Source of the DNA: Myxococcales bacterium
GTDB lineage: Bacteria > Myxococcota > Myxococcia > Myxococcales > Anaeromyxobacteraceae
Assembly: GCA_021806645.1 (NCBI GenBank)
Contig: JAJZQX010000012.1
Span: 73,764-137,763, forward strand
DNA length: 64,000 nt
Reading direction: 5' to 3'
Of this stretch, positions 27,190 to 35,787 are shown piece after piece (position 1 is the stretch's first letter; every line of letters begins with the position of its first letter). The notes beneath the pieces are model-generated. The model made no database searches and was not told the DNA's origin. It saw nothing but the letters and a program-made list of their open reading frames with translations. The position numbers and the translations under genes were made by a program.

Positions 27190-27322
27190 GCGTCCTGCGG
27201 GCGCGCCGGCATCTTCTCCTGGAGGTCACGTCGCCAGGACCGGGAAGCCGGTCGAGGTGATGAGTGGCGGTGTCGAGCTGTCCATCGTCCGGAAGACAAC
27301 AAGTGGGTGCCAGCCCGGTTGA
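27190..27322 (+). pseudogene. Frameshifted remnant of a second Phd/YefM-like antitoxin gene
   Basis: gtcgccaggaccgggaagccggtcgaggtgatgagtggcggtgtcgagctgtccatcgtccggaag is about 80% identical over ~75 nt to 24988-25062. It encodes VARTGKPVEVMSGGVELSIVRK out of frame with its upstream part. Confidence 0.45.
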
Positions 27323-27346
27323 CCCCACCTGGTACCGCCGGTAGCC

Positions 27347-27706
27347 TTGACGCCAGGTTGGGAGGTGCGCGCCTTGCTGACACATCCGGAAATCGACGCT
27401 CGCAGCCGTGCCCTCCATCGCCTGGTGGCGGACAAGGTTCGACTGGAGCCGGCGCGGTTCGAGCGGGCCCGCACGATCCTGCGGCATTGGCGCATCGTGG
27501 TCTGCGAGAACTCGCAGCCGTACTTGGCCGAGTGGGAGGGCCTCTTCCGGCAGGGGGTCGAACCGACTCTGGCGGTGGCCGTGGAGGACTCCGAGCGAGC
27601 GGATGCGCTCCGGCAGTGTTCGCCGCTGGCCGGCGTGCTGACGAATCGGGAGCGGTGGGCCTTTCTGCGAGACTGGAGCCGGTCGCATGAGGCGCAAGGA
27701 GCTTGA
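27347..27706 (+). CDS. Hypothetical protein, possibly the partner of the downstream nucleotidyltransferase-fold protein. The start may be the TTG at 27374.
   Basis: Coding-like composition. GGGAGG lies 8 nt before the TTG at 27374. It overlaps the downstream ORF by 20 nt. Confidence 0.45.
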   Translation: MTPGWEVRALLTHPEIDARSRALHRLVADKVRLEPARFERARTILRHWRIVVCENSQPYLAEWEGLFRQGVEPTLAVAVEDSERADALRQCSPLAGVLTNRERWAFLRDWSRSHEAQGA

Positions 27707-28280
27707 GCACATCATTCGAGTGGCGGCCGGACTCGCGGACTCCCTTGAGATCGTGGTCGTCGGTAGCCAGTCCATTCTCGGAGCCCTGCCTGACGCTCCG
27801 GCCGAGCTGCTCGAGTCCATGGAGGCCGACGTCTACGCGCTCCATGCGCCTGAGAAGTCGGAGGTCATCGAGGGGGCGATCGGAGAGGGTTCCCCGTTCG
27901 AGACCATGTACGGCTATCGAGCCCAGGGGGTCGGACCGGAGACCGCCAAGTTGCCGATCGGGTGGGAGAACCGCGTCGTGCGGGTGCAGAACCCCAACAC
28001 GGACAACAAGATCGGCTACTGCCTGGAGCCGCATGACATGGCGGCGGCGAAGCTCGTGGCGAGTCGGGAGAAGGACAAGCCGTTCGTTTCCGCCATGCTT
28101 CGGCTGGGAGTGATCCAGGAAGCGACCCTCGCCGAGCGGCTCACGACGTTGCCGATCGAGCCCGAGCACAGGGAACGGTTGCGGCAGTGGCTGAGCGCGG
28201 AGATGGAACGCCAGAGGTCGATGTCGCCTGGCCGCCCGGGGCTTGGCGGGCGCGGGCGGGATTCCGGGCCTGCACGGTGA
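27687..28280 (+). CDS. DUF6036-like / nucleotidyltransferase-fold protein (candidate TA or Abi component)
   Basis: MRRKELEHIIRVAAGLADSLEIVVVGSQSILG... resembles families I recall as DUF6036. I could not verify this. Confidence 0.5.
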   Translation: MRRKELEHIIRVAAGLADSLEIVVVGSQSILGALPDAPAELLESMEADVYALHAPEKSEVIEGAIGEGSPFETMYGYRAQGVGPETAKLPIGWENRVVRVQNPNTDNKIGYCLEPHDMAAAKLVASREKDKPFVSAMLRLGVIQEATLAERLTTLPIEPEHRERLRQWLSAEMERQRSMSPGRPGLGGRGRDSGPAR

Positions 28281-28383
28281 CGCTCCCGGGCGCCCGGACA
28301 TTTCGTTTACCCGGCAGACCTTTCACTCCGGTTTCCGCATCGAGTACGATCGCGTCTCACGGGGGAAGGTAGGAGGAGAATCG

Positions 28384-29745
28384 TTGAAGCTCTGCATCAT
28401 CAAGCCACCGCTTCCCTTCGGCTGGACGCCGGTGGCGCCGCCCATCCTCGAGTACCTGGCGGCGCTCACCCGCCAGGCCGATCCCAGCATCGACATCGAG
28501 GTCTACAGCGCCAGCGCCACGCCGGACGTCTTCGACACCCTGGAGTGCGATCTGGCGGCCATCAGCCTGCTGACGCCGACCTCCGTCCCCGGCTACCGGA
28601 TCGCCGACGGGCTGCGGGCGCGCGGCATCAAGGTGGTGGTCGGCGGCATGCACGCCACGGCCCTGCCGGAGGAGGCCAAGCTCCACGCCGACGCGGTGGT
28701 GACCGGCGAGGCCGAGTCGGTCTGGCCGCGGGTGCTCGCCGACTTCCGCGCCGGCACGCTGCAGCCCTTCTACAGGGGCGAGCAGCTCCCGCTCGAAGGC
28801 CTGCCCACACCGCTCTACGGCCTGCTGAAGCACGGCCACGACTTCCGCATCGTCAACACCGCCCGCGGCTGCCCGTACCCGTGCAGCTTCTGCACGGTGA
28901 GGAAGGTCTTCGGCTCCAAGATCCGCATGCGCCCCATCGACGACGTGGTGCGCGACGTGGACGCCATGCCGGGCGGCATGTACATCAACGGCGACGAGAA
29001 CATCTGGTGGCTGGGCAAGACCGACCGGGCCATCGAGCTCTTCACCGCGCTGCGGGGGAGCAAGAAGAAGTGGATGGGCTTCGGCAGCCTGGCGCCGGTC
29101 CTCTCTCCCGATGGCTCGCGCATGCTCAAGGCGGCCAGGGCGAGCGGGATGCTGACGGTCTGGGTCGGGTGGGAGTCGATCACCGACGGCGGGCTCGAGG
29201 AGTACCGCGCCGACCGGAAGGTGGGGATCGACCGCGAGCGCGCGGTCCGGACCTTGAAGGACCACGGCATCGACGTCTCGCTCTTCTTCATGCTCGGCTC
29301 GCGCGCCGACTCGCTCGACGACTACCACCGCGCCGTGGACCTGGCCGACCGGCTCGGCGTGAGCATGCACCCGTCGCTGGTGGTCCCGTATCCCGGCACC
29401 GACCTGCGCAAGGAGTACCAGCCCTACCTCTACAAGGAGCTGGGCTGGGAGTACTACACCGGGGCCTACGCGCTCTTCGAGCACCCGGACCCGGGCATGA
29501 CCCCCGAGGTGCGGGAGGAGCGGTTCTACGAGACCTCGCTGGAACTGCTCAAGCTGGGACGGATCTGGAAGCACATGTTCAAGGTCCCGGCCTCGGGCTT
29601 TCCCCACGCCCACATCCTCTCGCTGATGAACCAGCTCCCGGTCCGCAAGGGGATGAAGATCGCCTTCGAGAAGTGGAAGGAATCGAAGCAGGCCGTGCGC
29701 GAGAAGCAGGCACGGCCCGGGGCCGACTCCGCCCTCACCGGATAG
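28384..29745 (+). CDS. B12-binding-domain radical SAM protein (COG1032 class)
   Basis: TTG start with GGAGGAG 4 nt upstream. N-terminal Rossmann-like B12 domain (AISLLTPTSVPGYRIADGLRARGIKVVVGGMHAT). Radical SAM cluster motif CPYPCSFC (CX3CX2C). Confidence 0.85.
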   Translation: MKLCIIKPPLPFGWTPVAPPILEYLAALTRQADPSIDIEVYSASATPDVFDTLECDLAAISLLTPTSVPGYRIADGLRARGIKVVVGGMHATALPEEAKLHADAVVTGEAESVWPRVLADFRAGTLQPFYRGEQLPLEGLPTPLYGLLKHGHDFRIVNTARGCPYPCSFCTVRKVFGSKIRMRPIDDVVRDVDAMPGGMYINGDENIWWLGKTDRAIELFTALRGSKKKWMGFGSLAPVLSPDGSRMLKAARASGMLTVWVGWESITDGGLEEYRADRKVGIDRERAVRTLKDHGIDVSLFFMLGSRADSLDDYHRAVDLADRLGVSMHPSLVVPYPGTDLRKEYQPYLYKELGWEYYTGAYALFEHPDPGMTPEVREERFYETSLELLKLGRIWKHMFKVPASGFPHAHILSLMNQLPVRKGMKIAFEKWKESKQAVREKQARPGADSALTG

Positions 29746-29822
29746 ATCTCCCCGGAGGCGCTGGTGTCGCGGTGCTCGATCGCGCCGCTCCCGCTGGCTC
29801 CCTTCGTGCAAAGGAATCGAGC

Positions 29823-31319
29823 ATGCCGACTCCCACAGCCGCCACCACCGACCTGTCCGGCCCCGCCCTCGAGCGTCACCGGCTCACCGAGGAGGTCCTC
29901 GGCTACATCGAGGCCGGCGTGGACGCCGAGGTCCCCGACTTCAACGGCTCCTGCCTGCGGATGTTCGCCCTGCACTACGAGGTGAACCCGATCTTCCGCG
30001 AGTTCTGTGACGTCAAGAAGGTCCGCCCCGGCGACGTGACGCGCTGGCAGGACGTCCCGCTGGTCTACAACGACATGTTCAAGACCCACCTGGTGGCCTC
30101 CTTCCCGCTGGAGAAGGCGGTCATGGGCTGCCTCACCGGCGGCACCACCAGCCTCACGCAGCGCGGCCGGATCTTCCGCGACGAGGAGGGGAAGAAGCTG
30201 GTCTTCGGCGCCAACAAGCGGATGACCGGCGCCTACCTCTTCCCCGACTTCGAGGAGGGCAAGCGCTGCCGCATCCTCATCCTCGCCCCCAGCCCGGAGA
30301 TGGCCCCGTCGATGGGCATGGCCATCGGCATGGAGCAGACGCGGACCCACTTCGGCACGCCCGACAGCCAGTTCCTGCTGGGCCGGACCGGGATCGACGT
30401 CAACGGTCTCTTGAAGGCGCTGCGAGAGGCGGAGGCGAGCGGCGTGCCGGTGGCGATCATCGGCGCCACCTCCGCGTACGTCTACTTCTTCCAGGCCTGC
30501 AAGCGGAAGAGGTGGAGCTTCAAGCTGCCGAAGGGGAGCCGGGTCTGCGACGGCGGCGGCTACCGCGGTCGCTTCGGGACCGTCACCCGCGACGACTACT
30601 ACGCCATGGTGGAGGCGACGCTCGGGGTCCCGTCCTCCCACTGCGTCAACGTGCTCGGCGAGGCCGAGACCGCCACCAACCTGTTCGACGACGCGCTCCG
30701 CCGCCACGTCCAGGGGCTGCCGCCGCGGGACCGGATCCGCCCGGTGCCGCCCTGGTCGCGCGTGCTGGCCATGGACATCGACACGCTCGAGCCGCTCCCC
30801 GACGGGAAGGTCGGGCTGATGGCCCACTGGGACCTCGCCAACGTCCCCACCGTGCTGGCGGTCATCACCGACAACCTCGGGTACACCGCCGACCAGGGGC
30901 GCGCCTGCGAGATCGTGGGGCGGGCCAAGCTCGAGGGCGGCAAGGTCTCGCCGCTGCCCGACGAGCGCCCGATCGGAGGCATGGGAGACTCGGCCATCTT
31001 CCGGATGCTCGAGACCTACGTGAACTTCTCCATCGACCTGAAGATGCTCACGGCCAAGGCGCCCCCGGCCGAGCCGAGCACGCGCGAGGAGATCGAGGCC
31101 CGTCCGGGCTCGGTCGCCTCCTGCCCGCAGGTGGTGGACGAGATCCTGGTCTCGCAGGGCAACGAGGACGCCGCGCGCCAGCGCGACGCGTCGCTGCGGA
31201 CGTTCAAGGACCAGACCGAGCGTCCCATGGAGTGGTTCGTCGAGCAGGCCAGGAAGCAGAAGCTCGCGGACCACCCGGCCGGTCTCCAGTCGGAGGAGCC
31301 GGGGCCCAACAAGCTGTAG
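29823..31319 (+). CDS. LuxE-like acyl-protein synthetase / adenylate-forming enzyme (ANL/PaaK-like superfamily)
   Basis: N-terminus F..LHYEVNPIFREFCD...RWQDVPLVYNDMFKTH...CLTGGTTSLTQRG matches the LuxE layout as I recall it. There is a ~100-aa C-terminal extension. ATG at 29823 within ORF 28545..31319. Confidence 0.65.
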   Translation: MPTPTAATTDLSGPALERHRLTEEVLGYIEAGVDAEVPDFNGSCLRMFALHYEVNPIFREFCDVKKVRPGDVTRWQDVPLVYNDMFKTHLVASFPLEKAVMGCLTGGTTSLTQRGRIFRDEEGKKLVFGANKRMTGAYLFPDFEEGKRCRILILAPSPEMAPSMGMAIGMEQTRTHFGTPDSQFLLGRTGIDVNGLLKALREAEASGVPVAIIGATSAYVYFFQACKRKRWSFKLPKGSRVCDGGGYRGRFGTVTRDDYYAMVEATLGVPSSHCVNVLGEAETATNLFDDALRRHVQGLPPRDRIRPVPPWSRVLAMDIDTLEPLPDGKVGLMAHWDLANVPTVLAVITDNLGYTADQGRACEIVGRAKLEGGKVSPLPDERPIGGMGDSAIFRMLETYVNFSIDLKMLTAKAPPAEPSTREEIEARPGSVASCPQVVDEILVSQGNEDAARQRDASLRTFKDQTERPMEWFVEQARKQKLADHPAGLQSEEPGPNKL

Positions 31320-31412
31320 GCTTGAGGGACCACCCTCACCTCCCAGGGCCGCTCCAGCCAACCAGCCACCGGCGCGCCGTCGAAGCTCATCTCGTGGGCT
31401 TTCTTCTCCGTC

Positions 31413-32252
31413 TCACCCAGCCAGACCAGCCCGCCGCAGGCTGCGGTGTACGGACCGGAAGACGCCGTCGAACTCGGGCAGCTCGACCATCTGGGCGGCG
31501 AGGCGCGCGCCCCAGAGCTTCTTCAGGCGGGATTCCTTCTTTTGGAACTCCTCGCCGAGCGTCGCCAAGGCTCTGCCCCGGAACTCGAGCTTCCTTTCCA
31601 CCTCGGCCTTGAGGTGGTCGAGGTCCACGTGCCCGCCGGTCGTCAGGTGCCAGATGTCGTAGAGGTCACGGGGCTCGTTGCGCGCGCGGTCGCCGAGCGC
31701 CACGACCTTCTCCACGGAGATCTCATCGAGCGAGTACACACGCACGGTCGCGCCGTCCGGCAAGTCCTCGTACTACCCGTAGCCGCGGACGACGGGTCGA
31801 TCCACGAGCGGGGTTACCAGGCACTCGCGGATGGTGACGTCGACCTTCACCTCGCGGGCCGTGCGCGAGGGGAGCGGTCCGTCGTAGCCCAGGTAGAAAG
31901 TGTGGCTGTTCAGGTGCCGTTGGCGGTCCTCCCGATCGAAGCGGAACAGGAGGCCGGAGGCCCGCCGCACCTCCTTGAAGACTGGCTCGAGCTCGGCGTG
32001 GAGGGCCTCGAAGGGGACCTCCTCCGTCAGCGTGAAGTCGAGGTCCTCGGAGAAGCGGTAGTCGCCGAAGTAGCAGCGCTTGATGGCCGTCCCGCCCTTG
32101 AACGCGAGCCGCTCCCGAAGCGGCGCACGGGACAGGCCCACGAGGAACCACGCCAGGCAGTAATCCCGCTCGAGCACGGCCTCCGGGATTCGTCGGCCGC
32201 CTTCACGCGCGAGCCGGTTGGACAGGAGGGAGATGTTTCGGTGGGGGATCAT
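31413..32252 (-). pseudogene. abiEii: AbiEii/AbiGii-family nucleotidyltransferase toxin (type IV TA) interrupted by one in-frame TAG at 31773-31775
   Basis: ORFs 31773..32252 and 31413..31763 are in the same frame. The junction reads GYG-TAG-YEDLPDGATVRVYSLDE. Motifs: AFKGGTAIKRCY...RFSEDLDF. Confidence 0.8.
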
Positions 32253-32256
32253 CGGC

Positions 32257-33102
32257 TCACGTGCTCCGGACCGCCGTGAGTTCCTCCGTGCTCACGTTGA
32301 GACGGAGCCGCCAGCGAGCCACGCGATGGCCCTCGACCGGAAGGGTGGGATCGAGCAGCTGATACGTGGCGGTGAGCCTCGCGCGCAGCCGTGCGATGGC
32401 TGCCGGCTCGTCGACCCCGCACGTTTCGAGCAGGAAGCCGAGCCGGCGGATGACGGCGCCGACATCGAGACGGATCGCGTAGTCGACGAGCCGCCCGATG
32501 TTCATGTCGCCCCTTCGCATCCAGAAGCCCTTGGCCACTTCGACGATGCCGCCGCAGTATCCGGGCTGCTTGAGGCCGTCGATGACCGTGCGCTCCAGGT
32601 CGCTCACGATGACCTTCTCGGTCTTGTCGACCCAGTGCTCGACCAGGCCGAAGAGGTGCTCCGCCTTGCATCGGACGAAGCGGAACTCGGTGCCGAGAAT
32701 GGTCCGCCGCCGAAGCGGGAGGGGGCTTGTCACGTAGACGACAAACTGTGGCTGCGTGACCATCCGGTGCATGTCCATGGCCGAAGCGTGCGACAGGTAG
32801 TAGTCGCGTCCGCCCGCGAGCGCGCGCGCGACAATGTTCGGGTTGCCGAGGTACTCGCGTTCACGCCCAAGTTCGAAAGGCACCAGTATGAACAGACCGG
32901 GCTTGAGGCGGGTCGCCACACCCCGCCGGACGAGTTTTCCCACGAAGTTCCGCGTGGTCTTGGGCCCGAGGCCCGTGACCTCCTGGACATCGCCGACCGT
33001 GAAGATGGTTCGTCGCTTCTCGTGGAGTGCCGCGAGGAGCCTGGCCGCTTGTGGGCCGAGCGTCTTCTGTTGGCTCAGCCCTTCGTGAGTATTCGTCTGC
33101 AT
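32257..33102 (-). CDS. abiEi: AbiEi-family antitoxin / transcriptional regulator (type IV TA)
   Basis: ATG at 33102 (MQTNTHEGLSQQ...). N-terminal wHTH (IFTVGDVQEVTGLGPKTTRNFVGKLVRRGV) and an AbiEi C-terminal domain. It stops 4 nt before the abiEii start. An AT-richer promoter region lies at 33103-33270. Confidence 0.8.
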   Translation of the reverse strand: MQTNTHEGLSQQKTLGPQAARLLAALHEKRRTIFTVGDVQEVTGLGPKTTRNFVGKLVRRGVATRLKPGLFILVPFELGREREYLGNPNIVARALAGGRDYYLSHASAMDMHRMVTQPQFVVYVTSPLPLRRRTILGTEFRFVRCKAEHLFGLVEHWVDKTEKVIVSDLERTVIDGLKQPGYCGGIVEVAKGFWMRRGDMNIGRLVDYAIRLDVGAVIRRLGFLLETCGVDEPAAIARLRARLTATYQLLDPTLPVEGHRVARWRLRLNVSTEELTAVRST

Positions 33103-33275
33103 CGTGCCCGCCACCAGGATGTAATCTGCGATAGAAGTATCACGACCGCAGAAGAAGAGATAGTTCGATGCTCCAATGCCCTTCCTCAGGGCGACTATTG
33201 CACCCAAGCTATCACCAGGGTTTGGTGAGAGCACCGACGCCAACCGTGGGGCGCGCTGGAGCGTGCGGCCGAAGG

Positions 33276-33626
33276 TCACCCATGGACCAACAGGTACTGG
33301 TACAGCGTGCCGGCCGCGAAGACCACGCCGAGCAGGGCGTGCTTCACCTTGAGGAGCTGGATCCGGCTCCGCTCCATGTCCCCGGTCCAGCCGAAGACCT
33401 TCCAGGTGACCATGCGGACCACGCCGGTGGCCACGATGACGGCCAGGCTCACCCAGGTGACCACCAGGAACTTCCGCTCCAGCCCCGGGACCAGGGGGCC
33501 GGCCAGCAGCCAGGCGGGCCGCTGGGTCTCGCGGTGGAGCATGGTGAGCAGGATGAGCGTGCCGATCCACGTGCCGGTCGCCACGTCGTGGACGAAGGCG
33601 TTGAGGATGGTGAGCCGGTCCCGCAT
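33276..33626 (-). CDS. Small integral membrane protein (3-4 TM helices), function unknown
   Basis: Hydrophobic helices (WIGTLILLTML, FLVVTWVSLAVIVATGVV, ALLGVVFAAGTLYQYLL). Codon usage matches neighbouring genes. It is divergent from radical SAM gene 2. Confidence 0.55.
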   Translation of the reverse strand: MRDRLTILNAFVHDVATGTWIGTLILLTMLHRETQRPAWLLAGPLVPGLERKFLVVTWVSLAVIVATGVVRMVTWKVFGWTGDMERSRIQLLKVKHALLGVVFAAGTLYQYLLVHG

Positions 33627-33806
33627 CGGGCTCGAAGTGTATCACCAGGGTGGGCGGCTGTAGTCTTGACGGTAAGCAACCAGTTGCTCGATGTAGGCCT
33701 AAGCACGGCGTTCTCCACCTGCCGCCGGGATGCCCCGGGCGGGCCGGGCGTGGTAAAGTGATCATCCCCGGTCGAACGGGGTCCGTTACTTCAGGAGAGC
33801 CCGAAG

Positions 33807-35321
33807 ATGACCGCTCGCCGTCCTCGAGTCCTGCTCGTCACCGCGCCGTATCACTCGGGTGTGGTCGAGTCGGCCGGCGTCTGGATGCCACTCAACTTCG
33901 CGTACGTGGCGGGGGCCGCCCGGAAGGCCGGCGCCGAGGTCGAGATCTACGACGCGATGAGCCTCTTCGCCTCGCACGACGACATCCGGAAGAAGATCGA
34001 GGCCTTCAAGCCCGATCTGATCGGCACCACCGCCATCACCGCCACCGAGCCCGACTGCCGCGTCATCTGCGCCACGGCCAAGGCCTGGAACCCGGCGGTG
34101 AAGACCATCATCGGCAACGTCCACGCCACCTTCTGCTGGGAGCAGATCCTCCGCGACGACCCCAACGTGGACTTCGTGGTCCGCGGCGAGGGCGAGCTGA
34201 CCATCATGGAGCTGGTCAAGGCGATCGAGGCGGGCGAGGGCTGGGACCGGATCGACGGCCTGGCCTGGCGCAAGGACGGCCACCCGGTGACCAACGGCCC
34301 GCGCGCGCTGCAGGCCGACATCGACTTCGTCACGCCCGCCTGGGATCTCGTGGACTGGCCGCTCTACTACTACCGGCCCCGGCCGCACGGCCGCCTCGCC
34401 ATCGCCAACTCGGCGCGCGGCTGCTCGTCGCGCTGCAGCTTCTGCTCGCAGCAGAAGTTCTGGGGGCGCAGCTGGCGCGGGCGGGATCCGCTCAAGTTCG
34501 TCTCAGAGCTGGAGCACCTGCGGGACACCTACGGCGTGGCCGTGACCATGCTCTCCGACGAGACGCCCACCTCCGACGGGGCGCGCTGGGAGGCGATCCT
34601 CGACCTGATGATCGAGCGGCAGACCGGCGTCGAGATCCTGATGGAGACCCGCGTGGACGACGTGATCCGCGACGAGCCGGTCCTGTCCAAGTACGTCAAG
34701 GCGGGGATCAGCCACATCTACGTGGGGGTCGAGTCCACCAACCAGTCCACGCTCGACATGTACCACAAGGACATCAAGGTCAACCAGTCGAAGAAGGCCA
34801 TCGATCTCATCAACCAGCACGGCATGGTGAGCGAGACCTCCTTCGTGCTCGGCACGCCCGACGAGACCGCCGCCTCCATCCGCAAGACGGTCGAGCTGGC
34901 CAAGTGGTACGCGCCGGACATGGCCTTCTTCCTGGCGCTGACGCCGTGGCCCTACGCCGAGATCGCCGGCGAGCTCGACGGGCACGTCGCCACCCGCGAC
35001 TACCGGCGCTACAACCTGGTCGAGCCGGTCATGAAGCCGGACAACATGACGATGGAGGAGGTCCAGAGGGAGCTCCACCGCGCCACCGGCCACTTCTTCC
35101 ACGACAAGTTCCAGAACCTTCACAAGCTCTCGCCGGAGAAGCGGGCCTTCATGGTGAGCGTGCTCAAGCTGCTCATCGAGAAGAGCTACCTCGGCCAGGA
35201 GATGAAGCACATGGCCAGCGGCGCCGAGATGCCGGAGTCGGTCCGCAAGATGCTGGCCGAGCTCGGCCCCATCACCGGGCCGGTGGCCGGCGGTCCGGGA
35301 ACCAGCCGGAAGGCGGGGTGA
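33807..35321 (+). CDS. B12-binding-domain radical SAM protein (BchE/HpnJ-like COG1032 class)
   Basis: N-terminal B12-type domain (LIGTTAITATEPDCRVICATAKAWNPAVKTIIGNVHAT). Cluster motif CSSRCSFC (CX3CX2C). Confidence 0.85.
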   Translation: MTARRPRVLLVTAPYHSGVVESAGVWMPLNFAYVAGAARKAGAEVEIYDAMSLFASHDDIRKKIEAFKPDLIGTTAITATEPDCRVICATAKAWNPAVKTIIGNVHATFCWEQILRDDPNVDFVVRGEGELTIMELVKAIEAGEGWDRIDGLAWRKDGHPVTNGPRALQADIDFVTPAWDLVDWPLYYYRPRPHGRLAIANSARGCSSRCSFCSQQKFWGRSWRGRDPLKFVSELEHLRDTYGVAVTMLSDETPTSDGARWEAILDLMIERQTGVEILMETRVDDVIRDEPVLSKYVKAGISHIYVGVESTNQSTLDMYHKDIKVNQSKKAIDLINQHGMVSETSFVLGTPDETAASIRKTVELAKWYAPDMAFFLALTPWPYAEIAGELDGHVATRDYRRYNLVEPVMKPDNMTMEEVQRELHRATGHFFHDKFQNLHKLSPEKRAFMVSVLKLLIEKSYLGQEMKHMASGAEMPESVRKMLAELGPITGPVAGGPGTSRKAG

Positions 35322-35324
35322 CGC

Positions 35325-35771
35325 GTGGCTGGGGCGGGGCGCTGGGGCGCGCGGCGCGCCGTCGCGCTCGCGCTGCTGGGCTCGCTCGGCGCGGTGGCCG
35401 GCTGCGCCGGGATCTTCGGTCCGCGCCGCCCCTGGGTCGAGTTCACGCCCTACCCCGAGTCGCAGGTGGCCGGGGTGCGCGACCCGCACGACTACCTCGG
35501 CAAGCCGCTCTGCCAGCGCTGTCACCTGCCCGGTCGTGGGGGTCTGACCAGCGGCGCCATCTCGCTCTGCGTGAGCTGCCACGCCTTCGGCCACGGCAAC
35601 CACCCGGTGGACGTGGTCCAGAAGGCGCCGGCCACGGGGATCCCGCTGCTGGAGGGCGGGCGGGTGGCCTGCCACAGCTGCCACGATCCGCATGACCTGA
35701 AGCGCAACCGGGCGGGCTTGCGCTTCCCCTTCACCGAGCTCTGCCTCCGCTGCCACACCCGCCACGCGTAG
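35325..35771 (+). CDS. Tetrahaem c-type cytochrome lipoprotein (c3/c7-like)
   Basis: GTG start 3 nt after the radical SAM stop. Lipobox GAVAGC. Four CXXCH motifs: CQRCH, CVSCH, CHSCH, CLRCH. Confidence 0.8.
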   Translation: MAGAGRWGARRAVALALLGSLGAVAGCAGIFGPRRPWVEFTPYPESQVAGVRDPHDYLGKPLCQRCHLPGRGGLTSGAISLCVSCHAFGHGNHPVDVVQKAPATGIPLLEGGRVACHSCHDPHDLKRNRAGLRFPFTELCLRCHTRHA

Positions 35772-35787
35772 CCGGCGTGGCGCTCGC

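Noticed and set aside
28545-29822. The 5' 425 codons of ORF 28545..31319, which would give an apparent 924-aa protein
   Set aside because: This part overlaps the radical SAM gene in a different frame and is Arg/Pro/Gly-rich. The LuxE-like homology and a sensible ATG begin at 29823.
31773-31775. The in-frame TAG in abiEii as programmed recoding (pyrrolysine or read-through)
   Set aside because: Nothing in the window supports it: there are no pyl genes and no conserved downstream structure. A nonsense mutation in a toxin gene is the simplest explanation. It is kept only as a low-probability alternative in the findings.
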